From NCBI GenBank assembly GCA_963724735.1, contig CAVRVX010000015.1, forward strand, positions 10,081 through 74,080: DNA of 64,000 nt, read 5' to 3'. The translations under genes and the position numbers were made by a program. Origin of the DNA: an uncultured Alphaproteobacteria bacterium. GTDB lineage: Bacteria > Pseudomonadota > Alphaproteobacteria > Rhizobiales > Xanthobacteraceae. The stretch's first letter is position 1; each line of letters opens with the position of its first letter. A model generated the notes under the pieces. That model was not told the origin of the DNA. It worked only from the letters and a program-made list of their open reading frames with translations, and searched no databases. Below, in pieces: positions 63,193-64,000 of the stretch.

Positions 63193-63318
63193 CCACCCCA
63201 ATGAAAAGGAGAAGTGGCTTTCCACCCCAATGAAAAGAGAAGTGAGCTTACATTTCGCGCTTGGTTCGCCGGCCAGGCATAGTAGTTTTGTTCCGCCCGG
63301 CCGGGCATAGTAGTTTTG
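63193..63318. repeat. Two pairs of direct repeats
   Basis: CCACCCCAATGAAAAG at 63193 and 63222; CCGGCC(A/G)GGCATAGTAGTTTTG at 63269 and 63297. Confidence 0.85.
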
Positions 63319-63401
63319 GCCAAACCTAAAGAGAATTTGCCTGCTTGCCCGTCTTAAGCTAACGTCGCAGCATTGCCCAAAAAGAACAGAGTGAAACCTA
63401 A

Positions 63402-64000
63402 GGGGACTTCGAATAATTGGCTGCGGTCGTGTGCTGTGCGAATCTCGTTGGCGCGAGTTGATTCCGCGGAGCGAGACGATGGGACAATTGGGGTTTTTTG
63501 ACGCTGAGCGGCGGTTGGCGGCGTTGTTGGAGAAGGGCGATCCGCTGGAGACGATCGGAGGGCTGGTTCCGTGGGAGAGTTTCCGCGCCGACATCGAGGC
63601 GGTCGTGCTGACGCCGGAGGAGGCGAAGAAGAGCAAGGCCGGTCGCAAGCCGCTCGACGCGCTTGTTGTGTTCCGCATGCTAGTCCTGCAGGCGTTGTAC
63701 AATCTGTCGGATGAGCAGATCGAGTATCAGGTGCGCGACCGGCTGTCGTTCACGCGGTTTCTCGGGCTTGGCTTTGAGGATGGCATCCCGGACGGCACGA
63801 CCCTATGGCTATTCCGCGAGAAACTGGCGCAGGCCGGGCTGATCGACAAGCTGTTTGACCAGTTTGACCGACAGCTCAACGCCAAGGGCTACATTGCACG
63901 CGGCGGGCAGATGGTAGACGCGAGCATTGTGCCGGCGCCGAAGCCGCGCAACACGCGTGAGGAGAACGAGGTGCTCAAGCGCGGCGAGACGCCTCCGGCG
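63402..64000 (+). mobile_element. IS5-family element, left end (runs off the window)
   Basis: CTAA target-like sequence at 63398-63401 followed by GGGGACTTCGAATAA, then the transposase. Confidence 0.8.
63479..64000 (+). CDS. IS5-family transposase (3' end outside the window)
   Basis: MGQLGFFD...GRKP...LQALYNLSDEQIEYQVRDRLSF.RFLGL...PDGTT...VDASIV. Confidence 0.92.
   Translation, partial: MGQLGFFDAERRLAALLEKGDPLETIGGLVPWESFRADIEAVVLTPEEAKKSKAGRKPLDALVVFRMLVLQALYNLSDEQIEYQVRDRLSFTRFLGLGFEDGIPDGTTLWLFREKLAQAGLIDKLFDQFDRQLNAKGYIARGGQMVDASIVPAPKPRNTREENEVLKRGETPPA

Noticed and set aside
63190-63702. 170-aa minus-strand ORF
   Set aside because: It is antisense to the IS5 transposase and runs into non-coding repeats.

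Overview
This is 64 kb of high-GC alphaproteobacterial chromosome, probably Hyphomicrobiales (inferred from the coxMNOPQ, gltBD, trcR-ispH-thrB-rnhA, accD-folC and fixLJK gene content). (1) Bases 1-26.3 kb are mostly housekeeping genes. They include an IS481 element inserted in a REP hairpin and an ibpA gene with a sigma32 promoter and a ROSE thermometer. (2) Bases 26.3-31.5 kb form a decayed island ending at tRNA-fMet, with a toxin-antitoxin pair, a phage DUF2190 remnant, an IS630 fragment and a frameshifted GmrSD-like gene. (3) Bases 33.3-49.6 kb hold the strongest novelty candidate: an anaerobe-type cobalamin-dependent demethylase cluster. It encodes a MetV-MetF fusion, a corrinoid protein, a UroD-fold methyltransferase, a MetH-reactivation-like protein, a RACE activator and a pterin-binding methyltransferase, together with two paralogous binding proteins, a LIV-type ABC transporter, MarR, an amidohydrolase and two cupins. 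(4) Bases 51.2-61.3 kb are a FixLJ-FixK microoxic island with FixK boxes, carrying pncA, prs, a PRTase, an APH-like kinase, Hsp20, RtcB plus archease and a phasin. (5) Bases 61.4-64 kb contain a frameshifted Rep-like gene, a 22-23 bp iteron-like array, simple repeats and the start of an IS5. All assignments come from reading motifs by eye; no database searches were run.
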